Origin: Eledone cirrhosa
Taxonomy: Eukaryota
Assembly (NCBI GenBank): GCA_964016885.1
Contig: OZ024757.1
Coordinates: forward strand, 11,160,001-11,224,000
DNA: 64,000 nucleotides
Reading direction: 5' to 3'
Positions 38,013 through 52,690 of this stretch are shown here, piece after piece. The notes below the pieces were generated by a model. That model did not search any database. It was not told where the DNA came from and was given only the letters and a program-made list of their open reading frames with translations. The position numbers were made by a program, and so were the translations under genes. Positions within the stretch are counted from its first letter, which is position 1. Every line of letters begins with the position of its first letter.

Positions 38013-40180
38013 TAATATATATGGCTTAGTGGTTAGAACATTGGGCTTGTAATTGAAAGGTTGTGAGTTCAATTCTCGGACCGGGTGATGTGTTATGTCC
38101 TTGAGCAAGACACTTTATTTCACGTTGCTCCTTCTACCTGGAGTTGTGACCAATAAATAGTATTAGCAATTGGAAAGACCAATGGAAACATTGTTTCTTT
38201 GGTCCAATTTGACGAAAGTCGATCGCCTGACGATATATATATGTATATATATTATACATATATAAATGAGAGGTATAGAGATTGTTTTAGCAAGAAGCTA
38301 ACGGCATTCTATAACATATATGCGACTATAACGTCAAGATGGGAAAAGTAGTTAATATATATATATGTGCCACTTGCCGGATCTGCTAGAAGGACCCAAA
38401 TAATATGAGATGTTTTCCCGGCTGTATCATATACTGCAAATATATGCAGATGTATACACATATATACACAAACATATAAAGATACACAAGTAATTATACA
38501 CACATAGAAGTGGTTGATAGCTTCTGTGATTTAATTAGCAGTGGAGGATGACTGTATAACACCTGCCAATAAAATATGATGCTGCATGGTAGTGAAACAA
38601 GGGCTGTGACAGCAGAAAAAAATGTAGACTGGAGAGAAATGAAGCAACCATGATTCATTGGATATGCCATTTAAGTGTGAGAGAAAGGCAGAGCTTGGAC
38701 AAGTTGAGGGAGAAGCTGGGTTTAAGAGGCAACTTAAGAGATGTGTAAGAGAGAAGACTGCATTGGTACGGACATGTGATACACATGGATAATCACAGCT
38801 GGGTGAAGAAGTGCCAGGACATCCCAGTAGAAGGAAGCCATAGTAGAGGTAGACCAAGAAAGACCTGGACAGAGGCTGTGTGAACTGACTTCAAATGACT
38901 GACTCTCACAGAGGACATGACAAAGGAACACGACAAGTTGAAAGATGCCATGTTGAGAAGGACCTGTCCAACCAAGAAAGCATGGAAAAACGAACATAAA
39001 AAGAGTGATGATGTTAATGAAGATGACGTACATATACACACATACATAATAAATAAATCAAATGCAGATATGCAAATACAGATACAAACATATACATGGA
39101 CACAAATTTCTACACACATACATTCACATATATGTAGCGTATGTCATTTCTAAACAATACAGTTTTGTCAGCACGAGTCTTGGTTACAACTTCTACAAAT
39201 AAAATGAAGGAAGAATTTCTTAGTAAAACAGTTTTATTCAAAATATTAACAACATTGGTGACACAATTTTAGGTGAGTGACATGGTTTTTATCTTGTCTG
39301 ATTGAGTTTGTTTTGCATCAAGTAACCTTTACAAGAGAACTATTTACCACAGACACCACAGTGATATGGTTCCTCTCTTGTATGTGTTAGTGTGTAGTGA
39401 AGCCACAACAGTTAGAGAAGGATTTATCACAGTGATATGGTTCCTCTCCTGTATATGTTAGTGTGTAGGGAAGCCAAAACATTTAGAGAATTATTTACCA
39501 CAGACATCACAGTGATATGGTTTCTCTGCTGTATATGTTAGTGTCAAGTGAAGCCACAACATTTAGAGAAGGATTTATCACAGACATCACAGTGATATGG
39601 TTCCTCTCATGTATATGTTAGTGTCTAGTGAAGCCACAACATTTAGAGAAGGATTTACCACAGACATCACAGTGATATGGTTCCCCTCCTGTATGAGTTA
39701 GTGTCTAGTGAAGCCAAAACATTTAGAGAAGGATTTATTCAGACATCACAGTGATATGGTTCCTCTTCTGTATGTTAGTGTCTAGTGAAACCAAAATTAG
39801 AAAATGATTTACATGGGCTGATGTGGTGAGGGCAGACCTCTCAAGTTCACGGTGGAGATGACAAAGGACCGTGACAAGTAGAGAGATGGTTTGCTGAATA
39901 GGACCCATCCCACCCTTGCATGCAGGGAAAAGCGGACGTAAACTGATGATGTTGATGATGATATGGTTTCCCTCATCTATGCATATATTTAGTTAAATTA
40001 CTGCATTAAAAGATATATTTTGCAAACATATCAAAGTGATATGGCTTCCCACCTGTATATGTTTGTGTGAAGTTAATGTAACATTGAAAGCGAATGATTT
40101 ACCATAGATATTACACCGATATATATTTGTATTCTCATTAATTCACAATTTTGCGAGGATTTGTCACTGATGTCAATCCA

Positions 40181-41237
40181 TTAAAATTTCTCCTCTGCAT
40201 GTATGAGTTTGTGAGTAGTTAGGCTACTTTCCTCAGAGAATGATATACCACAGATATCACAGTGATATGGCTTGTCTCCTGTATGGGTACGTTTGTGGCT
40301 AGTTAAGGTACTACTTTGAGAGAATGATTTACCACAGATATCACAGCAATATGGCTTGTCTCCTGTATGGGTACGTTTGTGTTTAGTTAAGGTACTACTA
40401 TCAGAGAATGATATACCACAGATATCACAGTGATATGGCTTGTCTCCTGTATGTATACGTTTGTGGCTAGTTAAGTGACTACTATCAGAGAATGATTTAC
40501 CACAGATATCACAGTGATATGGTTTGTCTCCTGTATGTATACGTTTGTGTTTAGTTAAGGCATTACTTTCAAAGAATGATTTACCACAGATATCACAGTG
40601 GTATGGCTTGTCTCCTGTGTGTATACGTTTGTGTCTAGTTAAGGCGATACTTTCAGAGAAAGATTTACCACAGATATCACAGTGATATGGTTTGTCTCCT
40701 GTATGGGTACGTATGTTTCGCGTTAAGTTACTACTTTGAGAGAATGATTTACCACAGATATCACAGTGATATGGCTTATCTCCTGTATGGGTACGTTTGT
40801 GGCTAGTTAAGGTACAACTATCAGAGAATGATTTACCACAGATATCACAGTGATATGGCATGTCTCCTGTATGTATACGTTTGTGGCTAGTTAAGTGACC
40901 ACTTTGAGAAAATGATTTACCAGAGATATTACAGTGATATGGCTTTTCTCCTGTATGGGTACAAATATCACACTGATATGGCTTCTTACCTGTATGTATT
41001 CGTTTGCGATAAGTTAAGGCACTACTTTGAGGGAATGATTTACCACAGATATCACAGTGATATGGCTTGTCTCCTGTATGTATAACTTTGTGAGTAGTTA
41101 AGGTACTACTTTTATTGAATGATTTACAACAGATATTGCAGTGATATGGTTTCTCCAACCTTTGTCATCTCACCAGGAATACTAAACATTTTCGATTGTG
41201 TTTCGCATTTAACCTTTTCACTCAATTTATTTTCCTT
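40181..41237 (-). pseudogene. C2H2 ZNF gene 3, disrupted
   Basis: Start ATG>AAG at 41235-41237. A 5 bp deletion before finger 1 puts ATG 41189 out of frame. In-frame deletion in finger 3 and lost Cys/His ligands. The listed 325 aa ORF starts at TTG. Confidence 0.8.
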
Positions 41238-44200
41238 TATAATTTTATCTCCAACAGAATATACAAATGTTTTACTTGTAATATTTTTTAGATTACATTC
41301 CTAAAAAATATATCTTCTATATTTCCCTCAAATGTGAGTTCAGTTAATAGACTTCAAATGATGATAAATAGAGGTGATGTATCCAAGATTGAAAATAATA
41401 ATTTATCCCAATGTCATCTGGTCTTCTGAAATAAGAAAGAAACAGTATGAGATAATACAGAATACTTAAGAAGCAGAGATAGATTTAACAGTGGAAACTT
41501 TATATTTCTATATTGATAAACTGTAGATATCAACTTTCCTGTCCAGAGTAATTCTCTCCAATGCAAACAGTGGTATTCCAGCACGCTCTATAATGTTATC
41601 CTTCTATCTCTAGAGAAGTCTGCTCTATGGCAGTTTAGTGAAAAATTCATTCTGATAGGACTCTCTAATATAGCAATCATCTCCTCTCCTGGTGACATGT
41701 CAACACCAGTTTAACTTCCATCTCTTTATTAGTAGGAGTCAATTGTTCCTCTACATCTTTTTCTTACTTCTTTTCTATCTTTCTCTGGGAGAAATCGGCT
41801 GTGTTTAGACCAGGAGTTACGAGTCTATATGAATCCATACAATCTGATTTGACTTGAAGTTTTATTCAGATCTCAATTGTGTTCAAACGAGAGAGGTGAT
41901 GGGCTCGATCAGGTTTTAAAATATGCCCGAGAAATACTGTATCTCACTTAGAGTACCCCTACGACTCAACAAGTGTTTCATTTGTTGAGGACTATGTCTG
42001 GGTTAGCCAGCCAAGTATCAGTAGAAGGGAAAACAGGGCCCTGATCCCCTCAGAAAAATGGCCTTGCTCAGTGTGCTAGAAAGGTGTAGGTAGAAATTCC
42101 ATTCTCTGTCCAAAATACAAACAATGGGTACACAAGAGATGTAGTGGGATCTCAGGTAGGTTAGCTAAGAATATAGGTTATACATGTGGCCATTGCACAG
42201 GAGCAGTAAGCAGCAAACATTCACAGTAAGCAACGATTGACTTTCGTCAAATCGGACCGAGGAAACAATGTTTCCATTGGTCTTTCCAATTGCTAATACT
42301 ATCTTTCCGTCACAACTCCAGGTAGAAGGAGCAATGTGAAATAAAATGTCTTGTTAAAGGACATAACGCATCACCCGGTCAGTGAATTGAACTCACAACC
42401 ACACGATTGTGAATCCAAATCTCTAACCACTCAGCCACACGCCTTCACAGGAAACAAGCTCTAACAAACTGTTGGAGGGTCACATAGAAGAGGTAGACAG
42501 CTTCTTTTACCTGGGTGATGATATCATCAGTGGAGGGGGGTGTTCTGAAAGTAGAGCAGCCTGAGTGAACATGGAATGGAAAAGGTTCAGGATGCTACTA
42601 CCACTGCAACTTACTAAAGGCTTTTTCTTGAAAACAAAGGGCAGGTTGAATAATGCATGTATACGAACAGTTTAACACACACACACATATATATATATAT
42701 TTATATAATTGTGTGTATATATATATATATAGTATATATACATTAAGACAATGTCACTGGACCGAGATCTTTGGTGCTACTCAGTAATACAGAAGACCCG
42801 CCTTGCTAATGTACAAAGCGAAACCTAGTCAGTAGGCACCTCTTAATCAAATATACACCTCCATCAACACCACCCTATCTCTGTAAAGTTATGTTGGTAC
42901 CACAACAGCCAGTCCTAAATAAATGAGGTCGTGTAGGTGTCACGACAAAAAAACACACAGCCCACGCTGTAATATGGCTGTGTAGGTAACACGGTAAAAA
43001 CCTCCCAGTCCACACTGTAAACGTGGTTGGTGTTAGGAAGGATATCCAGCCATAGAAAACCTGCCATCTAGTCCTGTACAAGTGAGATACGGTCACCCGA
43101 CCAATCTTACCTCCAGTGGGACAATTCCCGTCTAAACCCATGCCAGCGTGGAAGGTAGACGTTAAACGATGATGATGATGATGACAAGCAATATATATAA
43201 TCTAAGTAGAATGGTATAATGAAAGCATATAATGTAGGTACAGCAGTATTCTCATAAATTGCTACAACGGTAAAGGGGATGCTCTAGAGAGGAGCAATTA
43301 TAGGGGCATAAAGCTGATGGATCAGGTTATGAAAGTGGCAGAGAGATTATTAGCGCAGCTGATTAGAGAATGGGTCAATTTAGATGAGATGTAGTTTGGT
43401 TTTGTGCCTCGGAAAAGTACAACAGAAGCACTCTTCTTAGTGAGGCAACTACAAGAGAGGTTCTTAGAGAAGAATAAGTCTCTATACTTAGCTTTTGTTA
43501 GCGTACTCCGATCTGTCATCTGGTGGCCCCTAAGGAAACTAGGTGTAGAGGAATGGCTTGTGAGGACAGTGCAAGCTATGTACAGGGGTGCTGTCAGTAA
43601 AGTGAGGGTAGGAATGGAGTTTAGTGAGGAATTCCAGGTACACGTAGGTGTACATCAAGGTTCGGTCCTCAGCCCACTCTTGTTCGTAATAAGCCTCCAA
43701 GCCATAACAGAGGAGTTTAAGACTGGATGCCCATGGGAACTTCTCTATACTGATGATCTGCTTCTTACAGCAGAATCAGTAGAGGAGCTAGAGAATAAAT
43801 TCTGGCTATGGAAAAAGCACTTGGAATCAAGAGGACTGAGAGTGAACATAGCTTAAACAAAAGTGTTGATGAGTAGAAAAGAGGACAAAACTCTGATTCC
43901 ACCAGGGAAATGGCCATGTTCGATATGTGGGAAAGGAACTGGCATAAATTCCATAAAATGTACGCAATGCAGATGTTGGGTACACAAGAAATGTAGTGGG
44001 ATAGCAGGCAAACCAACAGGTAGGGATAACTATGTATGCAGTAGATGTACAGGGAAAGTTGGCAGTAGTAATCGCAGTGATAAACACATTTCTCAAATAC
44101 AGGTGGGTTCTAGAGATGTGGTTGATAGCTTCCGGTACCTAGGTTATCAGATTAGCATGGGAGAGGGTGTTCCGAGGCCATAGTATCTAGAATAAGGACA

Positions 44201-46555
44201 GGTTGGAAGAAGTTGAGGGAGCTGCTTTCTCTGTTGACAAAGAAGGGTTTCTCCCTGCATACGAAAGGACGGTTATATGATGCCTGTGTGAAATGTGCGA
44301 TGCTACATGGTAGTAAGACATGGGCAGCAGCTGCAAAAGATATGACGGCTGGAGAGAAGCAAGCATGCTCCGTTGGATGTGCAATGTCAATGTGTGTGAA
44401 TGACCAAGTATAGACGAGTGGAAAAAGAAACTGGGTATAAGAGGGATAGGTTGTGGTGTGCAGGAGAGAAGACTGAGATGGTATGGACATGTGACTACTG
44501 GGTAAAGAAGTGCCAAATAATGCCAGTAGTAGGAAGACGCAGAAGAGGTAGACCACGTAAAACATGGGCGCAGGTGGTGAGAGAAGACCTTTGATCGCTG
44601 AAACTCACCGAGGAGATGACAAGTGGAGAGATGCTGTGCTGAATAGGACCTGTCCCACCCTTGAAGCAGGGAAAAACAGACTTAAAATGATGATGATATA
44701 TATATATATATATACTGGTATTCAAGATAACATTGTTAGAACTCATTGCAGCCTTGAAGAGATGGTTTCAACAAGATTGGGTGATGAAAGTTATAGTTTT
44801 TGTAGTAGGATCTCATCACATTAGGTTCCTTCAAAGATTCTTCTAGACTTTTGTTTTATTTTCAATGTTCAATACCCACAAACACACATATATAATTGAC
44901 AATTTCTTTGGAATAATTGATAAGACTTGTGGCTGGAACAAAGTACCAGCCAGGCAGAGGGTGACCTAGTGGTGAAACAGCACAGTAGATAGAGCTATTA
45001 ACCCTGTAGCATTTACATTACTCTATATTTACTATTATATTTTCATGGTAAAGTCTTTATCTCACATAATATTGAATCTATGAGACTTTGATATTACTTA
45101 TTTTGAGGACAATACATTAACATCAATATGAGCAGCGAGTTACAGCCAGTTTGAACAGAAAGAAGTGAAAGAATTCTGGCTGGATATGGCCAGTTTAAAT
45201 GCTAAAGGGTTAAAGATAAGTGACAGGCATGGAAAGACTGGAAAAAGAAGGGTATCAGACCAGGACCAGGTAGCTAAGAGAGAAGCTAGAAGACAGGTAT
45301 ACATAGCACAGAGAGAGGCTGAAAAAAGATAGTTTGCCAATGTCTTGAGACATGAGAATCAGAGGTGTGAAGTGTTCCACATTGCAAGACAGGGAAAGGT
45401 GTGTTAGAAATGACATTGGTACACTTAGCACCACTGATGCTCAAAAGAAAGAGGCCTGGAGATGTTACTATGAGAGATTGATGAATGTAGAGAATAAATT
45501 AAGAAGCAATCTTAGACTTTTGTTTTATGTTCATTGTTCAACACACATACACATATAATTGACATTCTCTTTGGAATTAATGATGAAACTTGTTAGTGAC
45601 ACAACTACAAGAGAAGATCCTAGATCTAGAAAAGGCCTTTGACAGAGTACCTTACTCTATTATCTGGTGGTCCTTCAGAAAATTATGTGGAGAATGGCTT
45701 GTGAGAGCAGTGCAAGCCATGTACAGAGGAGCTGTCAGTAAAGTGAGAGTAGGAAGGGAGTTTAGTGAAGAATTCAATGTACAGGTAGGTGTTCATCATG
45801 GTTCAGTTCACAACCCACTGCTGTTCTCCATAGTTCTCCAGGCCATAACCAATGGGTTTAAGACTGGCTGTTCATGGGAAACAGTCTATGTGAATGATCT
45901 GGTCCTTATAGCTGCATCCATAAAAGAACTAGAGAATAAGTGACCCTTCTGGATATGCAGGAAAGAAGTAGGCATAAACTGTACACAATGATAGCTTCCG
46001 CTGTCTAGTTAACCTAATTAACAGCGGAGGAGGGTGCTTCATAAGAGAGGATACGATTGAAGTTTAGAGAGCTACTTCCACCGTTGGCAAATACAGGTTT
46101 CTCCCTACGTACAAAGATGTTGACTGTACAATGCCTGTGTGTAAAGTGCAATACTGCATGGAAGTGAAATATTGGCAGTAACTGCAGAAGACATGCATAA
46201 GCTGGAGAGAAATGGAGCAACCATGCTTCGTTGGGTGTGCAACATAAATGTGAGAGGAAGGCAGAGCTTGGATAAAATGAGGAAGAAATTCGTATCACTG
46301 GTTAAAGAAGTGACACGGAAAACCAGAGAAGGGAAGCCATACTAGAGGGAGACCAGGGTAGATGTGGTGAGAGCTGATCTCAAATTACTGAGACTCACAG
46401 ATGACGAAGGAACAAGCAAGTGGGGAGATGTTGTGCTTAAAAGAACCCACCAACCCATGCCAGGATTGAAAAACGGACGTAAAACTATGATGATGATGTA
46501 GATGAAGTAAATTAAATCAAGATAGATTTAGACTAAAACGAACAAAACTTCCCTG

Positions 46556-46995
46556 AAACAACAAAGTACAGCTAAATATAAACTATATTTTATAATGTAA
46601 GGTAGTGAACCACATAATTAAATAGACGGAGGTATTTTAAATAATAAATATATCTTTAATTTACTTAAAGCAATAACAAGGTACAGCTAAATATAAAATA
46701 TAATTTATAATGTAAGGTAGTGAACCACATAATTAAACAGACCGAGGTAATTTAGATAATAAATATATCTTTAATTTACTTAAAGCAATAACAAGGTACA
46801 GCTAAATATAAACTATGTTTTATAATGTAAGGTAGTGAACAAGATAATATAATAGACGGAGATAATTTAAATAATAAAGATATCTTTAATTTACTTAAAG
46901 CAATAACAAGGTACAGCTAAATATAAACTATATTTTATAATGTAAGGTAGTGAACCACATAATTAAATAGACGGAGGTAATTTAAATAATAAAGA
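46556..46995. repeat. 115 bp tandem repeat (4 copies)
   Basis: Period of 115 read directly from the repeated ACAA[A/G]GTACAGCTAAATATAAA. Confidence 0.85.
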
Positions 46996-47130
46996 CAGTC
47001 ATGATAACAATATATTTTATATCACATGTAACAGTGGAATCTGGTTAATTACTGCATCGTTGTAGGGTTCACATAATTATATTATTTACACACATTAATA
47101 TAGACATTAAGTAAATCTTTGACAACTTAC

Positions 47131-47320
47131 CTCCTTCAGATATAATCAATGTGTTGTGTTGTTACAACGAAAGAAATTATCACTTTGTTATCAAGTTAGA
47201 AGTTTCAAAGATGTTATCAGCTTTATTTCACGACATTAACGTTGGTGTATCTTCTTCATCTTTAGTCATAAATTGATATCTTGTCAGAATGAAGTAGTGA
47301 GGCTGACTTTATGTCTTTAG
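47131..47320 (-). other. Predicted 5' UTR exon of ZNF gene 3
   Basis: Ortholog of 18116-18314 with both splice sites intact. Confidence 0.5.
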
Positions 47321-47903
47321 CTACAGATTTGATAGGAAATATATATATATTAGGTTGATATGTGGTCTAAAATATATATGTTGTCTATAAATGACTAATA
47401 GCAGATGTTCTGGTGAAATAGTAGGTTTACTACTACAGATTGTAATGGAACTCTTAGTAGACACAATCGTAAAGTAAGAATAGATATGACAGTGTAAGAC
47501 TGATGTCGGGGAAATAAAATTGTGTGTATATATATATATATATATGTAATTGTTACACAAGATATAATTAGATTAATTAAAGTTATAATGAAGACAGCAG
47601 GTACTCGGTGTCGTTGAGAATGTTTCAACCGTCGTACCGGTGTCACACATTAAAAGTCCCTGATATAATTTAATACCTTCAGACACAGTTCCAATCGTAT
47701 TTAATTGATTGTAAATCAGAAAGTATCACTCAATTGTATATCAATAAGAAAACCTCTATGTAGTCTCTCTCACTGATAGAAATACCAGCGAAATTATCCA
47801 ATACAACTGTTCTCTCTCTATATATATATTTATATATATACACACACAGATATGTACGTATGTATGTACATGTGTATACAACTCTTATGTGTATGTATAT
47901 GTA

Positions 47904-48540
47904 TAAACAACTATTTTATGGAGAGTTAGTTAAAGGAAAACGACCTCCACATAAACCAAAAAAGAGGCATAAGGATTCCTTGAAAGCCTCTTTGAAAGAC
48001 GCTAACATCTCTGCTGATACATGGGAAAATGTTGCTGCTGATCGTAATGTGGGATGTGAGGAAGGGCATTACCGTTGCATTTGCAGCGTCTGTGCGAGAT
48101 TTTGCCTCAGCAAAGCTGGACTCGAAAGTCATCTTCGCAGTCACAAAGTAAGACCAATGGTTGATTACCAGGCTGCTGTTGGAGATGCTACTCATCATCC
48201 CTGCCAAGCATGTGGTAGAGAATGTAAATCAGCAGGAAGGCTCAAACGACATACAAAAGTACATCAACTCCAGCCACAGCCGGCTATTCCCAGTGAATGT
48301 TTTGGTTGCCAACTCTGTACAAGACATTTTAGATCATTGGCTGGGCTAACAAGCCACATTCGATCGCAGCGCTGTTAGTTGCTATTGTGTGTGTGTGTAG
48401 ATATGTTTATGTGTCTGTGTGTGTATATATATATATGTGTATGTATATTATTATTGTTGTTGTTGTTATTATCATTATTATTATTATTGTTTTTTTTTCT
48501 CGTACAATGGCCATACTCGATAACGAGGGGGCAGCCATCA
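47904..48540 (+). mobile_element. 3' fragment of a different RTE (BovB-like) LINE with C-terminal C2H2 fingers
   Basis: KQLFYGEL..GKR....PKKR.KD.LK..L.......WE..A.DR is the RTE/BovB C-terminal signature. It is followed by three CxxC..GL..H..H motifs. Confidence 0.7.
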
Positions 48541-49129
48541 TATATGGGTATGTATGAGTGTGTATGTGTGTTTGCACGTATGTATGGTGTGTATATATGT
48601 ACATAGGGTTTTGGTATATGTACGTTTGGTGAACATGTGTATTTACCTGTAGGTATATGAGTGTGCGTTCTATACGCAGTTATGCGTGTTTCTGTGTACG
48701 TGCATGTATATGCATGCATGCCATGTGTTTTCGCATATACACGTGTATAAATGTGTGTATGTATATATTTAAGATTCATGATTTCAATAACCTCTATCAT
48801 TTTCGTTCTACTAATTTATTTACATTATTCTGAACTCCGAAGCCGAGAATCATTCAGTTTCCTAAATAATATATTAGTCTACGACTCCATTTATACCTTA
48901 AACGTGGTTTTGTCTTTGCGTGTAATTGTTCTCACCGCTCCATATAACGAGGTATGATCTTCGCTTCTTTCCGTTCATTGCCAGGGAACGTCTTCACGAA
49001 CTAAAGTATCGTCTTCCTGTTTTCGAAATATTTACTTCTATGTTCACAGATTGATTTTTTTCAGTTTCAGATCCCGTTAAGGGTGAAAGCAGCAATTCTT
49101 TATGTATGTGGGGTGGGGATTGGAGAGGT

Positions 49130-50050
49130 ATGGGAATGCAGGTCTCCTGCCATACTGTATAACGCCAGAGATTTCAATCCTGTGTCATCACCTTTGAGAG
49201 GTACAATGGTGTCAGGTCAGTTTTTACCTCCTCATCCCAAGCATTCATAGGTCTTCCTCTTCCATCAATTTCAAGCGGTCAACCTTTTTATACAGCATCT
49301 CTACCTTCATACACATCACATGTCCATACCACAGCAATCTCCTCTCCTGCATACTGTATCTTATCCCTCTCATGCCCAGGTTCTCTGTTTATTTACTCTT
49401 TGCTCTTCATGTATTAATATACATATTACACATCCATCGGAGAATTCAAGCTTCATTTCTATCCAATCTTCTGAGGTCCTCACTGCAATGCAGCATTGCT
49501 GTTCATATACACACATCAATTTGGAGAAACAACCTTTTGTAGCTAGCACTAGTAGTAATAGTAGCACCCTAAACCTTTGCCATTTTGTTCTTACTCTGGT
49601 TTCTGTACTTTCAAAACACCTACCTCCACTGTTAATTTGGTCAACCTGGTAACAGAAACTGTCAACTGTTTCTATGGAACCCTTTAAATATTTGATAGAA
49701 CTTGTCTCCCAAAAGTGATTGCTTCTTACTGTTCCAGTGGAATGACCCCATGTAAAACCTACTTTCTTAGCTAACTCACCCTGTATCCGACTAAATCTCT
49801 TGTGTACCCATAGTCTCTTTAGTGTAAATAATGTTTCATACACATAACATGTATGTGTGACCATTGGTTTCTGAGTCCACTTATGGCCACCACTGTTCAT
49901 TTGGGGAGGCACTACCAAACAGACCCTTCATTAGGTATGCTGACAAATATATCAAAAGGAAGTTCTTTCCTCCAACAATTTTCACCCAAAACAGAGGAGA
50001 GTTTCATTTTGTCAAAAAGGGAGGTAAATCCTTTGTAGTAGAATTGTCAG
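49130..50050 (-). mobile_element. Old degenerate RTE remnant
   Basis: WVHKRFS..VGFTWG..ETVDSFCY..SGG.C.ESTETRVRT in ORF 49370-49918. Confidence 0.65.
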
Positions 50051-51496
50051 GCTTAATTATATATGTCATTAGACACACATAGAAGTGGTTGATTGCTTTT
50101 ACAATCTTGGTGACGTAATTAGCAATGGAGGAGGCTGCTCTGAAAGATGAATAGCTAGAATAAGGATAGTATGGAAAAAGTTTAGAGAGCTACTGCAACA
50201 GTTGACCACAAAAGGTTACTCTCTCTCTACAAAAGGACAACAGTATGACACGTGTGGGTGATGTGCAATGATGTATGGTAACGAAACAAGGGCTGTGACT
50301 GGAGAGGATATGTAGACTGGAGAGAAATGAAACAACCATGTTTTGTAGGATATGTTATGTAAGTGTGAGAAAAAGGCAGAGATTGGACAATTTCAAGGAG
50401 AAGCTGGGTTTAAGAGTGATCTGAAGTGGTATGTAAGATAGAACACTGTGTTTGTACAGACATGTGATGCACATGGATAATGACCACTGGGTGATGAAGT
50501 GCCAGGAAATCCCAGTAAAAGGAAGCCATAGTAGAGGTAGAGCAAGAAAGACCTTGTGTGAACTGACTTCAAATAACTGACTCTCACAGAAGAGATGACA
50601 AAGGAACACGACAAGTGGAAAGGTGCCATGTTGAGAAGGACCTGTCCAACCCAAGGAAGCATGGAAAAACAGACATAAAAACAGTGATGATGTTGATGAA
50701 GATGACGTACATATACACACATACATACACAAATAAATCAAATACAGATATACACATACTTATATACAAACACAGATACGAACATATACATGGACACAAA
50801 TTTCTACACACATACATTCACATATATATAGCGTATGTCAATTCTGAAACATACTGTTTTGTCAGCACAAGGCTTAGTTACAACTTCTACAAATAAAATG
50901 AAAGGAGAATAATTTCTTAGTAAAACAGTTTTATTCAAAATATTAACAACATTGGTGGCACTATTTTAGGTGAGTGATATGGTTTTTATCTTGTCTAATT
51001 GTGTTTGTGTTGCATCAAGTAAACCTTTACAAGAGAATTATTTATCACAGACACCACAGTGATATGGTTCCTCTCTTGTATGTGTTACTGTCTAGTGAAG
51101 CCACAACATTTAGACAATGATTTACAAGATATCACAGTAATATGGTACCTCTCCTGTATATGTTAATGTGTAGTGAAGCCACAACATTTATACAATGATT
51201 TACCAGCCATTACAGTGATATAGTTCCTCTCCTGTATATGTTAGTGCCGGATGAAGTTAGATCACAGTAATATGGTTTCTCTCCTGTATGTATATGTTTG
51301 TGTCTAGTTGAACAAACTTTCATGGATAATAATTTACCCCAAATATTACGGTAATATGGCTTTTCTCCAGTATATATATGTTTGTATGAAGTTAATGTAG
51401 CAATGACAGAGAATACCAATAGCAAAGTGGTATGGCTTCTCATATGAATGTATTTGTGTTTAATTCACCATTTTCAGACAATGATATATGACTTTG

Positions 51497-52690
51497 TTAT
51501 GGTTTCTCACCAGTATGGGTATATTTGTGTTTAGTTAAATTACTTAATACAGAGAATGATTTACCACAGATATCACAGTGATATGGCTTGTCTCCTGCAT
51601 GTGTACGTATGTGTCTAGTTAAGTGACTACTTACAGAGAATGATTTACCACAGATATCACAGTGATATGGCTTGTCTCCTGTATGGGTACGTTTGTGGCT
51701 AATTATGGTACCACTTTGAGAGAATGATAAACCACAGATATCACAGTGATATGGCTTGTCTCCTGTATGGGTACGTTTGTGGCGAGTTAAGGTAATACTT
51801 TGAGAGAATGATTTCCCACAGATATTACAGTGATATGGCTTGTCTCCTGTATGTATATGTTTGTGTCTAGTTAAGTGACCACTTTGAGAGAATGATTTAC
51901 CACAGATGTCACAGTGATATGGCTTGTCTACTATATGTATACGTTTGTGGCTAGTTAAGGAACCACTTTCAGAGAATGATTTACCACAGATATCACAGTG
52001 ATATGGCTTCTCACCTGTATGTATACATTTGAGTCTAGTTAAGGAACTACTATCAGAGAATGATTTACCACAGATATCACAGTGATATGGCTTGTCTCCT
52101 GTATGTATACGTTTGTGGCTAGTTAAGTGACCACTTTCAGAGAATGATTTTCCACAGATATCACAGTGATATGGCTTGTCTCCTGTATGTATACGTTTGT
52201 GGCTAGTTAAGTGACCACTTTCAGAGAATGATTTTCCACAGATATCACAGTGATATGGCTTGTCTCCTGTATGTATACGTTTGTGGCTAGTTAAGTGACC
52301 ACTTTCAGAGAATGATTTACCACAGATATCACAGTGGTATGGCTTGTCTCCTGTATGGGTACGTAAGTGTTTAGTTAAGGCACTACTTTCAGCGAATGAT
52401 TTACCACAGATATCACAGTGATATGGCTTGTCTCCTGTATGTATACGTTTGTGGCGGGTTAAGTGACCACTTTCAGAGAATGATTTACCACAGATATCAC
52501 AGTGATATGGCTTGTCTCCTGTATGTATACGTTTGTGTCTAGTTAAGTGAGCACTTTGAGAGAATGATTTACCACAGACATCACAGTGATATGGCTTCTC
52601 TCTTCTAGACTTTGGCATCTCTTCTGGAATAGCCATATCTTTAGACAATGTTTCACATTTAATCTTCTTTTCACTCAATTTATTTTCCAT
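51497..52690 (-). CDS. Tandem C2H2 zinc-finger protein, 397 aa, 13 fingers (ZNF gene 4)
   Basis: Open ORF from ATG (MENKLSEK leader shared with gene 1). 13 x 28 aa fingers; finger 7 has lost its first His. Confidence 0.9.
   Translation of the reverse strand: MENKLSEKKIKCETLSKDMAIPEEMPKSRREKPYHCDVCGKSFSQSAHLTRHKRIHTGDKPYHCDICGKSFSESGHLTRHKRIHTGDKPYHCDICGKSFAESSALTKHLRTHTGDKPYHCDICGKSFSESGHLTSHKRIHTGDKPYHCDICGKSFSESGHLTSHKRIHTGDKPYHCDICGKSFSESGHLTSHKRIHTGDKPYHCDICGKSFSDSSSLTRLKCIHTGEKPYHCDICGKSFSESGSLTSHKRIHIVDKPYHCDICGKSFSQSGHLTRHKHIHTGDKPYHCNICGKSFSQSITLTRHKRTHTGDKPYHCDICGLSFSQSGTIISHKRTHTGDKPYHCDICGKSFSVSSHLTRHIRTHAGDKPYHCDICGKSFSVLSNLTKHKYTHTGEKP

Noticed and set aside
38263-38355. ~90 bp unit-3-specific insert in (TA)n (similar orphan at ~54385-54490)
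   Set aside because: Too short and featureless to classify by eye.
48760-49065. CpG-containing unique stretch as gene 3 promoter
   Set aside because: Only a weak donor (AAG|GTATAA near 48896) and no homology to the unit 1/2 promoter.
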